Shown here piece by piece: positions 51,434 through 64,000 of a stretch of DNA of 64,000 nucleotides. The DNA comes from Octopus vulgaris (Eukaryota). Both the position numbers and the translations under genes were made by a program. The notes below the pieces were generated by a model. That model saw only the letters and a program-made list of their open reading frames with translations. It was not told the DNA's origin and ran no database searches. The DNA lies in assembly GCA_951406725.2 (NCBI GenBank), contig OX597820.1:3720001-3784000 (forward strand), read 5' to 3'. Position 1 is the stretch's first letter, and every line of letters begins with the position of its first letter.

Positions 51434-52560
51434 CATTGTATCCCTTTATATGTATAAGTGTATAAATCTGTGTGTGTGTGTGTGTGTGTGTGTAAACATT
51501 CATAGCAAATGTAAAAGGATTCAGAAATCTAGGTAGTTACCCCAGTACCCAAGTCAGTACTCCTGCTGCAAACGCTAGTTGTTCCGTAGAAGAGGAGTGT
51601 TTGATGCAAACTGCAAATCCAGGAGGTTTTCATTAACCACAGAATATGAAATGACAAAAGAACACGGCTGCTCGTATCACATTTATTCCTTGGTTACAAT
51701 CGTTTCAACACGATATAGGTCAGACAAATCATTTAACAATATAGAAAACATGAATATCAGCAATGTTTATGTAATTTTGGGGGAGGGGGCAAGTGGATTG
51801 CATCGACCCCAGTGCTCAACTGGTACTTATTTTATCAATCCCCAAAGGGATTAAAGACAAAGTCGACCTCAGTAGAATTTGAACTCAGAATGTTAAGATG
51901 GACGAAATGCCACTAAGCATTCTGCTTGTTGTGCTAATGATTCTGCCAGCTTTCTATCTTGATGATTATTTAATATTAAATCATTATAACTCGTAGTCAT
52001 TTCTTCATGGCCGAATGAATAATTTAACCTTTAGCATGCTGAAGGTGAATCATGTTGGTGTATGAGTTTTCTCCCCTCTTGATGCGACACACTGTGCCTG
52101 CAGCTATGGGGAAGAAAGCTTGTATGATGACAGGATTTGCCTTCAGTGTGCTAAAGGTTAATATAAGGGAGCTTGGATGAATTCCCCTTTATGTAGATAC
52201 AGACAATTTGGTGAGAGGATCCAATATTTTTGTAGTGAGGAAGTATCCACTTTGACCTGCAAATAAAAGAAAGGTTAAAGAGACAGAGAGGACGAAAATT
52301 ATTGGGCACTATTTGATGAGAGTAATTTTGAAGGGGGACTTATTAATTAGTCCATACATTCAGGCAGTTGTTTGGTTGAGCAAATAAAGCAGTCTCTAAA
52401 TATCATGAATCGACTGGGATGGGTATTTCTAGAACAGCTTCAAAGAAAACAGTAATGATCAGAAAGAGTAATGTGTGTATGTATACATGTATGTGTGTGT
52501 GTGTATGTATGTTTAAGTATGGTATGTAAATGTACACACACACACACACACACACACATA

Positions 52561-54195
52561 CAGTTGTCCTCAGAATTATTCATACCCTTGTTAATTTTTG
52601 TGATTCTTTTATTTTTGTGATGATTACATTTTGTCAAGTTTGTTTATGAGTTATTTGTGACCAACAAGTGAAAGAATAACAACATTATACAATTCAAGAG
52701 ATTCTTCATCTCAGGGGTATTTTATTCATGGATTTTCAAAAAATTCCCTGTTCAAAATTATTCATACCCTAGGTTTACTGAGTCCAATATCCCTCTTTAA
52801 TAGCCAATAGCATGGCTTTTGATTTTTTATGACTGCTTCTTGTATGTGTCCACAAGCTTCCTGCATGTCTTCTGCAGGATGATGGCCCACTCTTCCTTGG
52901 CGAAAGCCTTAAGCTGAGTCGGGTATAAATAGAGGAAAAGCGTTCTGGTCATTCTCAGTTTCTGATCATTATGGCCAAGAAGAAGAAGCTCAGTGAGGAC
53001 CAACGTCAATGTCTTGTGGATGCCCACAGTGAAGGAAAGGATTACAAGGCCATTTCAAAGCAGTATGATGTCCCTGTAGCAACCCCCACAGAGCATAATG
53101 AAGAAGCACAAGAAGTTCAACATTGTTAAAGTCCTCAGTAGGCGTGGCAGAAAGTGCAAGGTGTCTCCCAAGCTTGCCAGGAAAATATGCCGAGAGGTCA
53201 ACAACAACTCCTGGACCACAATCAGAGCCCTAATTGAAATGCTTGACCAGGCAGGGATGAAGGTGTCAAGGTTCACCATTGAGCAAGTTTTGCACAGAAG
53301 TGGTCTCCATGGACGCAGGCCTTGGAAGACACTGCTGCTCAGGAAGAAACATCTGGAGGCTCACCTGACTTTGCTAGAGGTCATCTGAAGCAAGATCCCA
53401 ACTTTTGGTCAATCATCCTGTGGTCTGATGAGATGAAGTTGGCCATATGGATGCTGAATATGTCTGGAGGAAGAAAGGAGAAGCATACAAACCAAAGAAC
53501 ACTGTGCCCACCGTCAAGCATGATGGTGGAAACATAATGTGATGGGGATGCTTCTTTTCCAGTAGCACAGAGAACCTTGTCAAGGCCCAAGGAATCATGA
53601 GAAAGAAGGATTACATCAGGATCCTTGATGAAAATATGAAGGAATCCACTGAGAAACTCCAACTCAGCCACAACTGGAAGTACCAACAGGACAATGATCC
53701 AACACATACCATCAAGGTAGTGAAGAAATGGTTCAAGGACAATGATGTCAATGTCCTAGAATGGCCAAATCAGAGTCCAGGCCTGGATCCGATCGAGAAC
53801 TTCTGGTGAGACTTGAAGACCAGAGCAATGATGAGGAAACCGACCAGCCTGACCCAGCTTGAGGCATTCGCCAAGGAAAAGTAGGCCAACATCCCACAGG
53901 AGACATGCAGGAAGCTTGTGGATACGTACAAGAATCGTCTAGAAGCAGTCATAAAAAAAACAAAGGCCGTGCTATTGGGCTTCGTAAACCTAGGATAGGA
54001 ATAATTTTGAACATGGTATTTTTTAAAAATCCATGAATAAAATATCCCTGAAATGAAGAATTTCTTGAATTGTGTATTGTTGTTATTCTTTCACTTGTTG
54101 GTCATTCATAAACAATCTTCACAAAATGCATTCATTTCATCACAAACATAAAAAATCACAAAATTAACAAAGGTATGAATAATTTTGAGTACAAT

Positions 54196-54197
<2 letters not shown>
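52561..54197 (+). mobile_element. Tc1-like transposon with IR/DR-type long inverted repeats
   Basis: TA|CAGTTG terminus; AATTATTCATACCC occurs twice in the left arm with inverted counterparts in the right arm; TATAAAT at ~52924. Confidence 0.92.
52971..53985 (+). pseudogene. Frameshifted Tc1 DD34E transposase
   Basis: MAKKKKLSEDQRQ...GRKCKVS...ILWSDE...YQQDNDPTH...WPNQSPGLDPIENFW; I count 34 residues between the second D and E. Confidence 0.9.
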
Positions 54198-54238
<41 letters not shown>

Positions 54239-54585
54239 ATATCTGTATATCTCTGAATCACACTTGATGTGAATACATCATTGGAAGGCAATTTACTGTG
54301 GTATTCCTCCAGTGATGACATCTCTTGAGGATGTGCCATGTTTCTGACATGCTTGTATGTCTACTACACAGGTTTATCTCATTATTCATTTCTGCAGAGA
54401 ACCAGATGCTTACATATGCTTGTCTATTCTGAGCATATATCTGTATCTCTTGCCCTAGAATATTTGGAGCTGTTATGTGCTTGTGAGGGACTAGACTTGT
54501 AGCTTATGCACATATGGAAGAGGAATGTAAAGGGACGTATACAGACCTTCAAATGACTATGTCTGTATGGAAACACATTCTTATA

Positions 54586-55478
54586 CAGGGTGTTTCCAAA
54601 AATTTTGATATCATTTGAAATGTAAATATCACAGAAACTACTCAGTCAAAACAAATGAAACTAAACAGGCTTAATGTTGAGTAACATAAGATTCATTCCT
54701 CCAAATTTGAATGAGAAATTCAAAGGTTTGTGGATTCCATGAACGATTTCACAAATATTCAATATGCGCACCGCCTGAGACACGGCACACGTCAAGTCGG
54801 TGGTCCAGCTCCCCCCAAACATGCACAGCATGTCTTGGGTAACAGTCTCCAGTGCAGTAGTGATTCTCTGCTCAAGTTCCTCTAGGTTTGCAGGAAGAGA
54901 GGGGCACATAGACCAGGCCCTTCACATAGCCCCCATGTTTGTGCTTTTGCTTGTCATCTGCCATTATGGCCTGAATGAGCTGCAGCTTGGAGGGTTTCAT
55001 TAGCAGGCATTTCCTCAGCATGTGCCAAACTGTCATTAGAAGAATCTGGGTTTCCACACTTGTTCTTCTTATGGACTTCTTGGGGCTTCACAAGAGCTTT
55101 TGGCAAACCTGCTCAACCATCTCTTCCAATGTTAGTGGTCATCCAGATGCTTTTGCCCTGCACAGACAGCCTTCCTCTTTGAATTTTTTGTGCCATATCC
55201 AAATCTACATTGCCGTTGGTGGCTTTTTAGAGAACACTCTCACAAATTCACGCTGCACAGTCTTGTTCAACTGTGTCCGAGAATACTCCCAACACACAAA
55301 ACACCTTTTCTCTTCCAGTGAATGTCATTTCTATACCTGAAAAGATAAACATATCAAACACTAAACATAAAATTCTGACCTGTTTCTACAAATGCTGTTA
55401 AAATTTGAAGTAATTTGAAGAAGAACTGGCAAAGTTATTAGATTGCAAAATGATATCAAATTTTTTTGAAACACCTTG
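54586..55478 (-). mobile_element. Internally deleted Tc1/mariner-superfamily element (DUF4817-type N-terminus)
   Basis: TA|CAGGGTGTTTC..TTTGATATCATTT inverted at the right end (..GAAACACCTTG|TA). N-terminus MTFTGREKVFCVLEYSRT..TVQREF is joined directly to C-terminal GYVKGLVYV..LPANLEELEQRITTALETVT; the catalytic core is missing. Confidence 0.85.
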
Positions 55479-55674
55479 TATATAAGTGACTCTAAAACTT
55501 CCATGCTTTCTGAGATTCGCCAACACTACACCTGATTTTTTTCCCCTCCATACACATGCAAGCGTGTATCTGACTCATACACTGTTCACTTTCCAGACAT
55601 TTGTACATTACTGCATATGCTTTATACACACTTTTGACAAGTTGTGGTGCACCTGAGCACTGTATACAATAATT

Positions 55675-56394
<720 letters not shown>

Positions 56395-56821
56395 GAGTGA
56401 GAGAGCAGTTCATGCCATCAAAGTGACACTGGGGTAAAATATATGAAGCCCAATATACCCATCATGACTACCCGTCTGATAAGGGTACACCAGGCACATG
56501 CATCACAACCATATGTGCGCGATTATTATTATATTATTTAGAATCTGTGTGGATAATTTTAATTTGATGCTGATAATTGCTGTAGATGCAAGGGAATGTT
56601 GCAGGGGAAGCTGGAGTTTTAGTTTCTAGTAAGAGTTTATTGTATCTAAATTCATTCATATAGTCTCACGTAGGTCACAATATTTACAGTTCCAGATTCA
56701 GTCCCACTGCATGCCACCTTGGGCAAAGTGTCTTCTTCTATAGCCCTAGGTTGACTTGAGTGGATTTGGCGGATGGAAATTGAAAGAAGCCCATCGTATA
56801 TATGTATAGATGACAGGCTTC

Positions 56822-56861
<40 letters not shown>

Positions 56862-57067
56862 TCCACGACTACTTGACAAATAGTGTTGGTGTGTTTATGT
56901 TTCCGTAACTTAGCAGATCAACAAAAGAGACAGATAGAATAAGTATCACACTTAAAAAATAAATTATTGGAATCAATTTGTTCAATAAAATTGTTCAAGG
57001 TGGTGCTCCAGCATGGCTGCAGACTAATGACTTAAAACAAGTAAAAGGTAACTCTCTCTCTTCCTCC

Positions 57068-57119
<52 letters not shown>

Positions 57120-57148
57120 CATACCTACCTATATACCTACCTACCAAC

Positions 57149-57247
<99 letters not shown>

Positions 57248-57267
57248 CCTATATCTGTCTGTCTGTG

Positions 57268-57339
<72 letters not shown>

Positions 57340-57340
57340 A
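57068..57340. repeat. (TATC)n/(TA)n microsatellite
   Basis: Directly visible. Confidence 0.95.
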
Positions 57341-60300
57341 TTGTCTATTTATCTATGTAGTGACGGAGAGAGACAGAGAAATTGATAGACAGAGGTAGTT
57401 GTGGCTTAGAATAGAAATTTAATATGAACTGTTCATTAGCTTTTGATTCAGAAGTTTCTTTACAAAGTGTAAGGTAGAAGAATCTCAGCTGCTTTGAATA
57501 TTCTTCCTTCATTGTCAGGATACAGGTGTCATCCACCTATAGCTTATAGACTTCCTGTTAGACATATATTGCTTGCTAGACATATATTGCTTATATCAGA
57601 CTGTGGAGATATCTTCCAAAAGGATCTAATAAAGTTCAGTTTTAAGTGTTTTGCAAAGGTAATTATTACCCAAATGGTTTTCTCGTTGTCTGCTTTGGTA
57701 AAGAATTTGGTTGTATTCAGAGAGTCAAATTTTCTCATGCATTGTATAGATTGGACAAAGAGAAAACACAATTGAAAAAATTAAAAAGTGAAAAGAAAAA
57801 AAAAGAGAGAAAGAAAAAAGAGAAAAAAGGAAAAAAAAAACCAAAACAAAATTCACCAACTTGGGTTGAAAAGTTGGGGACGCTGGGAAACCTCTCTAAT
57901 GACTTTTGAGGTGCGCCAGCATACTTGCAGCATTGCTGTGGGTGATGGCGAGGCTGATGTGCTGGAACAGCGAAGCGCCCTCACGAACCTCACCAATTTA
58001 CCTCCGCAAGGCAAGTTGCCAGTGAAGACAAGAATCTCGCAGTTAGTGGTCCAACACCATCAATGCCACAGGATGGAAATTGTAGTTGGCAAACAGATCA
58101 TGGTATTTCAACTCCTCCAAAATAGACATGATATTATCATCTTTCTCAACAGACGTAAGGCTCCCTTATATACACACAGTTACTGCAATACACACCATTT
58201 CTGTGTATATATTGAGGGAACAGTATTTCCCTGTAACCTCAGCCAACACATAACAAGTCGACATATTCACATCAAATGTTGGATCTCACAATCTCTGATC
58301 TGTTATTATGTGTAGCATTAGAGTATCTTTAATCTTTTACTTGTTTCAGTAACTGTTTATGGCCATGCTGGGGCACCACCTTGATGGGTTTAGTTAAAGA
58401 AATCGATCCCAGAACTTATGTTTTAGACCTAGCACTTATTCTGTTGGTCCTTTTGCTGAATTGCTAAGTTATGAGAATGTAAACAAACTAACACCAGTGG
58501 TGGAGGAGGATAAACACAGACACAAAGACATACACACTTAAATATATATACGTATGTATATGTCAAGCTCATACCGTCTGTAATTACTCAGGGTAGGCCA
58601 TTGGTTACATTTATGTAGCAAAACACAAAAAAAATAGGCAAAACACAGGCGCATGACTGAGTTGGAGGCAGATTTGCTTCTGCCTTTAGAGTGCGTAAAG
58701 AAAATGTTGTTGTAGGAGTGTATGCAGCATGTGTACCACAGCAGTATTATGCATAGCTTAGATACTGAGATTGAAAAGCAGGGGCAAATGATGCCTACCT
58801 GATCTACAAAAAAATAAAATACTTTATATTTTACGCAGAGTAATCAGAGCAACCTTCATAATTTTATTGAATTAGGTGCATATTTTGCCATGAAAGGAAA
58901 ATATTGCTATTGATCTATTTTATTCATGGTAGGCACTGCCTACCGTGCCTACCCAGGCGGCACATCCCTGGTATGTGTGTGTGTATTGTATATATATGTA
59001 TGTGTGTGAATTGAGTGTATGTGCATTGCTTTTGTATGTGTATTGTGTGAGTGTATGTGTGTGTGTGTGTGTATGACAGATTTCTTTCAGTTACTGTCTA
59101 CCAAATCCAGTCACAAGGCTTTGGTCAGCCCAGGGCTGTAGTAAAAGACACTTGACCACGGTGCCATGTGATGGGGGTGAATGCAGAACCATGTGATTAA
59201 GAATCAAACTTACCACAGAGCCGGGACTGTGCCTTAAAAAAAATGCTTGCAAAAAATGAGCTTTCATCTTTGTTGGCAGAAATCCTGATCAATAATTTAC
59301 TCGCTCCAAGGCGAAAGTATGATCCACTTTGAATGACAGCTCCCTTATTTGGGTCACTGTTGTTTTTATGCTCTAAGCCATCCAGCTGATTGACACATTT
59401 AGTTAGCAACATATCATAATCTCTGATTTACATATGAACTGTTTCTCCTCTGTGCCTCTGCTAATCAACTTCTGATGGCCTTCTGAATTAGCAAGCTGCA
59501 TACCACTTCCACCCAAGCCTATGAATTAATGCATTCTTCTATTCTCCTCTTGTCATCTCTATTATGTACTTCTCGTCCAGTCCCCAGCATAATTAGAGTA
59601 TGTGCTACCTGGGGCAGCCCTTCTGTTTTTCCACCTCTGAACCCCACAAAAAACAAAACATATATTGCCTACAGCAGACCCAAAAGTGCCACCTGGGGTA
59701 GACCGCCCTCCCTCCCCAGCTACACTGGTGCACCCAGTTCCTGCATTGAACACTTTGTACAGTCATTTCCCTCAGCGTAGTAACTTTTTAAAATATGCTC
59801 CAGCTTGTTTTTCTTTCAGATAATGTTCCACAGATGTTTGAGTTGAACCTGTACCACATCAGTCCCATGTATCTAGGAGAAAGAGGCCTTCAAAGCTTCA
59901 AAACCATTTTAAGGAGTTAATTAAGAGGAAATAACACATTACTTGTTAAGCATATATTCATAAAAAAGAAAAAATGATAAGGATGACCCCAGAATGACAT
60001 AATGAGGTCCTGACTAAATGCTCTCTTAAAAAAATTCCTGAAGGTCTATGTTTAGCAGAACAATGCCATATTTTGTTTTGTCTTAGACTCACTCTGAACA
60101 ATAAATTTTTCCAATCCACCAAACATTGCTGACATCATTGTCAACAACTAGGTCTTAGAATATTTTGTTTTTGTATTTGGTTTGCAAGATTCTTGATATG
60201 AACCCATGTGTTGAAACAGATTTTATTGTATCTTGGGAGGGTCATTATGCCAATAATAAACATATGCACTGGTTCTATTTCACTTCTTTATTATTATCAG

Positions 60301-60569
60301 TCAATAGATTAATTATTAACCCTTTAGCATTCAGATTAATTTATCAAATGTAATACTTATTTATCCACATTTTTTAAAACTAATCAGTGCACTATCTCCT
60401 ATCTTCAAGATTTCAATGATGTGATTATTTATTTTAGAATGACAATGAAGGGTAGGTGTGAAAAGTTAGATCTGGCCAATTTGAACATAAAGCCGGTAGA
60501 ATATTTGTGCTGGATATGGCTGATTTGAATGCTAAAGTGCTAACCAATAGACTAATAATAATAATAATG

Positions 60570-60611
<42 letters not shown>

Positions 60612-60759
60612 GAAGTAAAATAGAACCAGTGTGTGTATTTGATCCTCCCAAGGTACAACAAAAATCTGTCTCATAATGTATTATGAATTTTTAAGTTTCA
60701 TTTCAGAAACAGTTGTTAAAATTATAGTCTACATAACGATGAAACGATTTAATTAACAG

Positions 60760-60909
60760 ATACAGCAGGATGCTCAATTGGAACTTATCAACCTCCTGAT
60801 TGCCTCGAAGATTGTCCACAAAGCTGTAACAAGGGAAAATGTGATGAATACACTGGAGATTGTACAGAAGGATGCTTGCCAGGGTACATGGGGAAGAAAT
60901 GTAACCAAA
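60760..60909 (+). CDS. Internal exon encoding an 8-Cys EGF-like repeat (MEGF10/SCARF/Draper-like gene)
   Basis: AG|AT ACA GCA GGA TGC... translates TAGCSIGTYQPPDCLEDCPQSCNKGKCDEYTGDCTEGCLPGYMGKKCNQ and ends at A|GTAAGT, phase 1-1. Alternative in-frame acceptors at 60766 and 60769. Confidence 0.85.
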
Positions 60910-62759
60910 GTAAGTTGGTTTTATTCTTTCAAAAATTAATTCTACACGAATGAGTTTCAAACAAAACTTCTTTGTTGATATTGTATATATATATATATAT
61001 TTAAAACATTTCTCCATCTCATTCCTTTCTTCCTTTCTACCTTTCTCTTTTTTTATTGATTTAATGTTCAGCCATTCAACCTACATCATGGCTTTTTACA
61101 TAAAATAACGAGATACCAACTGGACTCATTGTCGTGAGAAGCAATTCTATGGAATTTTCTCTTTTTTGTAAAGCAACAAACAGTGTTAATAAAAAGCTGT
61201 TGAGGTGGAAGGCAAATACAACAGTCATAAAACAGACAAAGCATTTTTTTCTCACTTCTTCCCTCTTGCTTTAAACATTTTCACATTTACATTCTTTTGT
61301 CCTGAAATTTGATAAAACATTTCCACTGTATCATCTTTTTTTTCTGTAACATGACAATCAAACTAGTTTAGGGTTATTTGATATTTTCTTATTAGTCTCA
61401 TTTTCTTGAGGAACCTGGAGCTGCTTCATAAGGTTGGTTTTTTGTGAAACTTTATATTTTTAGAAACAGCAGTTCTCTTCAAACTATTACACTGGTAAAT
61501 CAATCAGCTCTGCCTTAAGGCTATACATTCCTTCCTTCTCATATTAAGAGATGCAACAAGAATTCAAATGTAATCAATATTTTGTAATTATTTGTGGCAA
61601 AGAATTCATTAGAACTCATCATTATCATAATCATCATTTTAATGTCCATTTTTCCATGTTGATATGTGATTGATGAGTTTGACACATGGCTCATTGCCAA
61701 TCCTTTCCTTCTTTTGCCATATTCCAAGATCTGACCTTATTCTTTCCTTCCAAGTGTAATTTTCTCTGCCTCTCAAGTACCCTCCACTTACAGCATACAA
61801 TATTTTTATATCTAACTCTCATTATTCACTTGCATTACATATCTATCAAATAAAGTGAGTTCACAACTGTAACCTACACCAGTGTCACATAACCAGCCCA
61901 CTGAAAAAGTACCTTGAATCGTAGGGCGACATGCCGTGCTTGAGGAGACCTATTGAGTCAAGTACATCAAAATCAATATCAAATCACAATCAAATAGAAA
62001 TTGTGGTTGTGATCCCCGTGCCGGTGGCATGTAAAAAGCACCATCCAAACGTGACTGATGCCAGTGCCATCTTGACTGGCTTCTGTGTCGGTGGCACGTA
62101 AAAAGCAACATCTGATCATGGCCGATGCCACCCCTGTCTGGCTCCTGTGCCGGTGGCATGTAAAAAAAGCACCCACTACACTCTCAGAGAGAAGACATAG
62201 AACATTACCCATCTTCTCCCTCACCCCCACCCCCAGCTGCATCCCACTAAGAACTTCCGAGACCACTGCACATGCTAGATTTCACCATTCCTGGTTATCT
62301 TTCCTGCCAAATCCATATCCTCAACTTAAATGCTTTATCACAAAGATTGGCATTCCTCTTCAGGGCCAACAACTACTGATCCTTTATGAAATTCAAGTGG
62401 GGTCCACAAGGGGAATACTGCTCCCACATTCAGGATGTTGCTGCTGATGCTATACACATATAATATATAGACATTCTAGACTTCACCCAAAGGAAGGCCA
62501 TTCAACTAATTTGCATAAAGTCACTGACAGACACACTAAGCCTCTGCCCAACAGACATGTGGCCCCTTCTCACTGCTTTTTCTATAGCCACTACAGTGAC
62601 CTCTACTCCTTAAAGCTTGTCTTTCTCCCGCCTGTCATTTGCTCGAGTCTTTCTCCTCATTAACTTGCTGTCACAATCCATTAATCCTTGTCTATGTATT
62701 ACATTACTCACTGAGGTGAAAAAAAAAATGTAATTTACTCCCTTATTTTCATGTTGTAG

Positions 62760-62897
62760 GTTGCCCCGATGGAAAATATGGTAAAGGATGCACTAAAACA
62801 TGCAGTCCCATGTGTATAGTACCAGGCTGCTTTGCAAACAATGGTAGTTGTAACTCTGGCTGTAAAGCAGGATTCCAAGGAAGGAAGTGTAATGAAG
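62760..62897 (+). CDS. Next internal exon, EGF-like repeat (138 bp, phase 1-1)
   Basis: TTGTAG|GT TGC... translates CPDGKYGKGCTKTCSPMCIVPGCFANNGSCNSGCKAGFQGRKCNE and ends at G|GTAACA; joins the previous exon in frame (CNQ-S-CPDG). Confidence 0.9.
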
Positions 62898-64000
62898 GTA
62901 ACAGTCAACTTACCAATCTGTTAAAAATTATGATTAATATCATTGATTGATTGATTGTTTGTTTTCTTTTCAATATTTGTATCGTCTTTAATCTTTAGTC
63001 ACATGTATTCTTTTTATTAAATCCAGCTTGTTCTGTTTGCAGTTACAAGTTGTTTCAAATGTACGAATACTAAATCACTGAGGTTTTTGTTTTTTCTGTG
63101 ATTCTTTGTTCCCAGATATAATTTTCATTAAAATGATTCCTTCAAAAGTTCCAAACTCTGCCTGATATATTATTCCATTTTCATTTGTATTAAGCAAAAA
63201 GTTAGGTGTTAGGTGTGGATCATGTAAAATTTTTTTGTGTGGTTATGACTTAGATATAACTGAAAATAAGTCATTAAGGATACTGACTTTTTGGCCTCTG
63301 TGCTGGTAGCACATAAAAAAGCTCCATCTGAACGTGGTCAATGCCAGTATCCCCTGACTGGATCCTGTGCTGGTGGCATGTAAAAAGCTCCATCTGAATA
63401 TGGTCAATGCCAATAGACCCTGACTGGCTCTGGTGCCGGTGGCATGTAAAAAGCTCCATCTGAATGTGGTCAATGCCAGTGCCCCCTAACTGGCTCTGGT
63501 GCTGGTGGCATTAAAAAATCACCATCTGAACGTGGTCATTGCTAGTGCCCCCTGACTGGATCCTGTGCCTGTGACATGTAGAAAGCACCCACTACACTCT
63601 CAGAGTGGTTGTTGTTAGGAAGGGCATCCAGCTGTAGAAACATTGCTAAATCCGATTTGTGCCTGGTGCAGCCTACTGGCTTGCTAGTCCTCAGTCAAAC
63701 CATCCAGCCCATGCCAGTATGGAAAGCGGATGTTAAATGATGATGATGATGGTGTGTGTGTGTGTGATTGTAAGATTGTGAGTTCAACTCCTGGACTAGG
63801 CAATGTGTTGTGTTCTTGAGCAAGACCCTTCATTTCACATTGCCTCACTCCATTCAGCTGACAAAATTGAGTAATCCTGCATTGGATTGGTGCACCATCC
63901 AGAAAGGAATATATATACTATAGAATCCAGGAACTTGGCCTTATGAGCCCCTATGGCTCAAGAAGGATCTTTGATCCTTTCACACACACACACACACAGG

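Noticed and set aside
57788-58315. 175-aa ORF
   Set aside because: Starts in an A-rich run, has no recognisable domain and no splice signals.
60212-60675. Large inverted repeat around the TTAA MITE as a composite transposon
   Set aside because: Better explained by two diverged tails of a common repeat lying tail-to-tail; no outer TSD.

Overview
AT-rich, repeat-dense eukaryotic genomic DNA. The SINE families and microsatellite load look like an Octopus (cephalopod) genome; that assignment is inference from pattern recognition. Almost all ORFs in the supplied track are microsatellite or repeat artefacts. Supported host genes: (1) the first coding exon of a probable mitochondrial prolyl-tRNA synthetase (PARS2-like) on the minus strand (9110-8922), with the rest of the gene apparently left of the window; (2) two symmetric phase-1 EGF-like exons of a MEGF10/SCARF/Draper-like gene on the plus strand (about 60760-60909 and 62760-62897), neither of which appears in the ORF track. 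The rest is a layered transposon record: three diverged copies of one LTR family (two look like complete solo LTRs with 4-bp TSDs, one of them nested in an RTE LINE and carrying a 48-bp minisatellite; the third is cut by the window edge), a fold-back mariner MITE, a Tc1 DD34E element whose inverted repeats extend into the transposase 3' end, DUF4817-type, mariner and Merlin relics, CR1-like and Dong/R4-like LINE fragments, hAT and TTAA MITEs, and many SINEs. I found no clear new biological system. The most unusual items are structural: the LTR-borne repeat array, the two 3'-end fold-back transposons, a recent 10-kb-distant templated duplication, a scrambled LINE/microsatellite mosaic, and a perfect hairpin inside a possible spliced non-coding transcript. 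Coordinates were read by eye and may be off by a few bases.
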